Origin: an uncultured delta proteobacterium
Lineage (GTDB): Bacteria > Myxococcota_A > Polyangia > Polyangiales > Houyiibacteriaceae
Direction: 5' to 3'
NCBI GenBank assembly: GCA_963699755.1
Contig: CAVOVB010000002.1
Coordinates: forward strand, 838,956-902,955
Length of the DNA stretch: 64,000 bases
Under the pieces are notes generated by a model. That model was given only the letters and a program-made list of their open reading frames with translations. It had not been told where the DNA came from and searched no databases. The translations under genes were made by a program, and so were the position numbers. The number at the start of each line of letters is the position of its first letter. The first letter of the stretch is position 1. This document shows positions 60,896 through 64,000 of this stretch, piece by piece.

Positions 60896-61063
60896 GGGCA
60901 AAGCATACCTTCCCTCTTGCTTGGGTTCGAGGAGTGGGTTGGGCATGCTTGGTTATCGGACGCCGGCGGCGGAAGTTGCGTGATTGCGCGCCCGTGGTGC
61001 GTGCTAGAGGCGCGCGTTCGTTCGGACTCCGGGATATCTGGACTGGGGGGTTCTGGTGAACGG

Positions 61064-61387
61064 TTATCGGCTCTTCGCCTTGGCTGGGGATGGGCCGCGG
61101 CCTGCTGCACCGCGAATGATGTTGGGGTGACGGGCTGCGATTTTGAGAAGCGCGATGGCGGGGCCTTCGGGTTGGCGGCGGCCTTGCTCCCAGTTGCGCA
61201 GGGTGTGCACGCTGATCTCGAGGGCGCGCGCGAACTCTTTTTGGCTGAGGCCGACGAAGCGCCGGAGCAGAACGATGTCTCTACCAGACTCGATCCGTCC
61301 CTCGCGGATGCGTCGCCTGACCGGCGCGGGAATCATCCGCCGGAAATCGGCTTCTGTCAGCTCGCGAATGTCGAGGTCGTCAGTCAT
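61064..61387 (-). CDS. XRE-HTH antitoxin (paralogue of 54131-54457)
   Basis: Highly similar protein. Confidence 0.9.
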   Translation of the reverse strand: MTDDLDIRELTEADFRRMIPAPVRRRIREGRIESGRDIVLLRRFVGLSQKEFARALEISVHTLRNWEQGRRQPEGPAIALLKIAARHPNIIRGAAGRGPSPAKAKSR

Positions 61388-61512
61388 CAGTAGAAGAAAC
61401 CCGCTTTGTATTGGCGATAGCGTTCGCGCGGTTTCGCGTCTTCGAACCGTACGCCGTGCTTTCGTTGGTTGGCATCGTTCTTCGCGTGATCCCACCCGAA
61501 GCGGATCGACAT
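61387..61512 (-). pseudogene. BrnT-family toxin with central deletion (41 aa)
   Basis: MSIRFGWDHAKNDANQRKHGVRFEDAKP fused to the 3' end. Confidence 0.8.
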
Positions 61513-61814
61513 TGGAAGTGTCGCCTTTCAAGAGGGGTAAGTCAATGGCTTACCCTCGGGCTTGGGGCCGGACTTGCCGGCGGGACTCCCGGATATCTGG
61601 ACAGCTTCGTCCCGCGCCTCGTGTTCGGGGTCACGGATATCTGGACAGGAGGGGCTCCTACATCGGCGGCTTCAGTGGTAGTTAGGTTGTCAAGGAACGA
61701 TTCGACCGGCTTGGCCCACGAAACGATTTTGTAGAACCCGCATCGTCTGCGGTGCATGTTTGGTTGTCGGACGGTGGCGGTGAGAGTTGTGTGCTTTCGT
61801 TCGAACTCGAAGCC

Positions 61815-62375
61815 GTGTTGGTTCTTCATTGCACACAGAAGCTATTGCGGGCGGCGGGGGAGCGCGGAACGGGGCAAGTCCCCGACGCAGATCCACTCGA
61901 CTCGTGGCATGCGAACCTCTTTCACTGGGAGCGGCGCAAGTGCGTCATCGTCGTGAACGATCGCACGCTCTTTCCGGTCCTCCTTTTCGGGGTGAAGAAG
62001 CCACAGCTCTCGGACCTTCCTCGTACATTCACGGAGCGGTTTTGCTCATTGCTGCACGAGCGAAAGGTGCCGGCTTACGTCGTTGACCACGTGCGTCAGC
62101 TCTACAGCGAAGCCCATCTCGCCACCACGAGCGACCGAAGCGTCACGGGCTCGCTCAACCAGCTCGTCTACGAGCTGAAATGGGTGGTGGCCAACCACCG
62201 AGTCGCCAGTCCGACCTTGGGGACCCGAGAGGTCGACGAGTTCCTTTGGGCTTGGGCCTCCCTTCAGATCCCGGAGTTCCGCGTCGCCGAGGCTTTGACC
62301 GATCGATTCCTCGCTCGGTTCGTCGAGTCCGGCCGTCCAGATCTTGCGCAAGCTAGGGAGATGCTCCCCCGCTAG
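61815..62375 (+). CDS. DUF6933-like hypothetical protein
   Basis: LHCTQKLL..SWHANLF..RRKC..VND.TL..T.DRSV.GSLN. Confidence 0.7.
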   Translation: MLVLHCTQKLLRAAGERGTGQVPDADPLDSWHANLFHWERRKCVIVVNDRTLFPVLLFGVKKPQLSDLPRTFTERFCSLLHERKVPAYVVDHVRQLYSEAHLATTSDRSVTGSLNQLVYELKWVVANHRVASPTLGTREVDEFLWAWASLQIPEFRVAEALTDRFLARFVESGRPDLAQAREMLPR

Positions 62376-62486
62376 GTCGATCACGCAGATAAGGTCTCCC
62401 AACGTGCATTGGCCTGAAGGGGCGCAGCTCCCCTGCGCGAATCGACGCCATCGCGGCTGGCGGACATCCTGTCGGCTCTGCTTTGG

Positions 62487-62810
62487 TTACGCCGAGGCGG
62501 CGGCGCCGATTGCCCTGCCCACTTGCTTTCGGTTTACGCCGAGGGCGAGGAGGGTGCGGATGAGGAGGTCGACGGAGACGCTTGGGTCGCCGGCTTCCAT
62601 TTTGGCGACGCGGGATTGGCTGGAGCCGATGAGGTCGGCGACTTGGGTTTGGGTGTAGCCGAGGCTCTCTCGGCGCTTCCTGAGTAGCGCGGCCAGGGAG
62701 AGCTGGAGCTCGATGTACTCGGCTTCCTCGTCGGTGAGGCCGAGGAAGTCCTTGGCGGAGCCGAATCTCCACCCCTGGGCCTCGAGCCGACGTCGTTTTG
62801 ATTCCTTCAT
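62487..62810 (-). CDS. XRE-HTH antitoxin
   Basis: GW..GSAKDFLGL..TQ..A..GSSQSRVAKMEAGDPSVS. Confidence 0.9.
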   Translation of the reverse strand: MKESKRRRLEAQGWRFGSAKDFLGLTDEEAEYIELQLSLAALLRKRRESLGYTQTQVADLIGSSQSRVAKMEAGDPSVSVDLLIRTLLALGVNRKQVGRAIGAAASA

Positions 62811-63157
62811 CGGAAGCCTCCCTCGGGGCCCTCGTCGTAGCGCCGTAGGCGGCGCGAGGCACGCCGGATCGCCGTGGTCGGCGTGCCGCGAGTCTTCTTC
62901 GAGAACGCATCCACGACGACAATCGCATCGGCATCGAGGCGGTAGATGATCCGCCACGTTTGGCCTCGTTCGTGATCCGGAATGCGCAGCTCATGGCAGC
63001 GCGGGCCGATCGAGGGCATGGGTCGTGATTCAGGCATGGAAAGTGTTTCGCCTCTTTGCAGTCTCCTCAGAAGCAATCCAGCTCGCTTTCGCGCCTCGGC
63101 CGAGAAGGCAGGACTCCGCACCGTCTCGCCGAGCCAAACGAGCGGCTTATCCGGCAT
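62807..63157 (-). CDS. Gp49-like RelE/ParE toxin
   Basis: SRPMPSIGPRCHELRI..WRIIYR..FSKKT. Confidence 0.9.
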   Translation of the reverse strand: MPDKPLVWLGETVRSPAFSAEARKRAGLLLRRLQRGETLSMPESRPMPSIGPRCHELRIPDHERGQTWRIIYRLDADAIVVVDAFSKKTRGTPTTAIRRASRRLRRYDEGPEGGFR

Positions 63158-63173
63158 GAAGCCAGGTTTCTTC

Positions 63174-63191
63174 TATGTCATATTCGACATA
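63174..63191. promoter_or_regulatory. Putative TA operator
   Basis: Inverted repeat TATGTC-N6-GACATA. Confidence 0.55.
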
Positions 63192-63709
63192 GACTTGCAA
63201 CCGAAATGTCATGATTCTTCGTCATGGGAGTTCTCGGTCGCTTGCGCGCGAAGTTGCGCGATTGCGTGCGCCCGCGGCGCGCGCCGAAGGCGCGCGTTCC
63301 TTCCGTCCGCTAGCTTGGCTCACGGTGCGGTCGACGCCGGACTCCCGGATATCTGGACAACGTTGCCTTCGTCGTTGGGACTCACGGATATCTGGACAGC
63401 GGGGACGTTGTCTTCGGGGGTCACGGATATCTGGACAGTCGTATTGGGCTCGGGCGCGCCGGCCCCTCCGTTGCCGGCGCGTCCCTCGCGCTCATTGCGT
63501 GCAGTTTCGGCTTCTCGACTCCCGGATATCTGGACTGGCGTGGCTGCGTCGCTTTCGGTGGGTCGGACGCGAGGTTGGGGTTCGGTTGTCAAGGAACGCT
63601 TGGACTGGGTTGGCGCCCGGACCGAGCTCGTAGAACCGCCATCGGCTGCGGCGCATGGTTGGTTATCGGACGATGGCAGCTGGAGTTGCGTGCTTTCGTT
63701 GACTTCGCG

Positions 63710-64000
63710 GGGATCGAGGCCGAGGCGTTTGTCCTGCGCGTGCGTGGGGAGGCGATGTTCCGCGTACACGTGGGTGAAGACGAGTTTTTCGAGCTCGGGC
63801 TGCGCGACGGCACCTTGGTGGTGGACCGAACCGAGGGTCGTGAAATCAGCGAAGGTTTTTCTGGGCGCTTCACCCGCGATGCGCCGAACGCCGAAGGCTT
63901 CGTGGCCGTCGTCGATCGCTTCAGCATCGAGCTCTTCGGGGACTGCGAGGTGATCACGGCAAGCGCGTTCCAAGGCAGCGACAGCCGCGGAATCGAGCTC
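63710..64000 (+). pseudogene. GH32 C-terminal-domain-like fragment, 5' truncated, runs off the window
   Basis: Plus-frame LVVDRT..F..VVDRFSIELFG..VITASAF..RGIEL. Confidence 0.5.

Larger units (their letters stand above)
54024..63700. repeat. Dispersed composite scaffold repeat; segments near 54024-54080, 54825-54970, 55883-55975, 57140-57192, 58332-58485, 59232-59368, 59668-59697, 60240-60620, 60943-61050, 61582-61812, 63245-63700
   Basis: Recurrent blocks tggttatcgg..gaagttgcg, gcgcgccgaaggcgcgcgttc, ggatatctggac, gcgcgccggc-N-gccggcgcgtc, ggttgtcaaggaacg. Confidence 0.9.

Noticed and set aside
60360..63540. GGATATCTGGAC clusters as a CRISPR array
   Set aside because: The core is only 12-20 bp, there are at most 3 regularly spaced copies per cluster, intervening sequences resemble each other, copies occur in frame in genes, and no cas genes are present
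54024..63700. Classical integron with attC sites (GTTAGGT near 60525 and 61681)
   Set aside because: No paired RYYYAAC/GTTRRRY hairpins after the gene stops, cassette boundaries vary, and no IntI is in the window
63320..63973. Minus-strand 217-aa ORF with VQIS repeats as a third HNH gene
   Set aside because: It lacks the HNH and helical domains; it is read-through across scaffold and the antisense of the GH32-like fragment

Overview
GC-rich window from what looks like a Myxococcota-type genome (inferred from the gene content). It is mostly accessory DNA. No rRNA, tRNA, CRISPR-cas, integrase or reverse transcriptase is visible. (1) 1-20 kb: mostly plus-strand cargo genes separated by recurring modules. 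These are a sigma54-promoter/RBS/'MRYLxGF' signal-peptide repeat, orphan 'CDxGAFE' gene tails, a conserved hairpin (6 copies), a 63-aa gene (4 copies), a ~70-aa gene (3 copies) and a structured leader (3 copies), plus two RES-Xre TA pairs and a RadC/JAB gene. (2) 20-42 kb: enzyme genes (PEPCK, Ser/Thr kinase, an aromatic catabolic cluster), an IS4-family element and several gene relics. (3) 42.7-64 kb: two paralogous large C-terminal-HNH endonuclease genes, each with a LexA-box-like site. Beyond them lies an integrase-free array of about 10 toxin-antitoxin modules and other cargo, set in a degenerate ~320-430 bp scaffold repeat. The scaffold core (GGATATCTGGAC, 19 copies) is also read in frame as VQIS repeats in the HNH linker. 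The HNH-linked scaffold/cassette array and the left-hand 'conserved head + conserved tail' array are the best candidates for undescribed systems. Family assignments come from motif recognition by eye, not from database searches.
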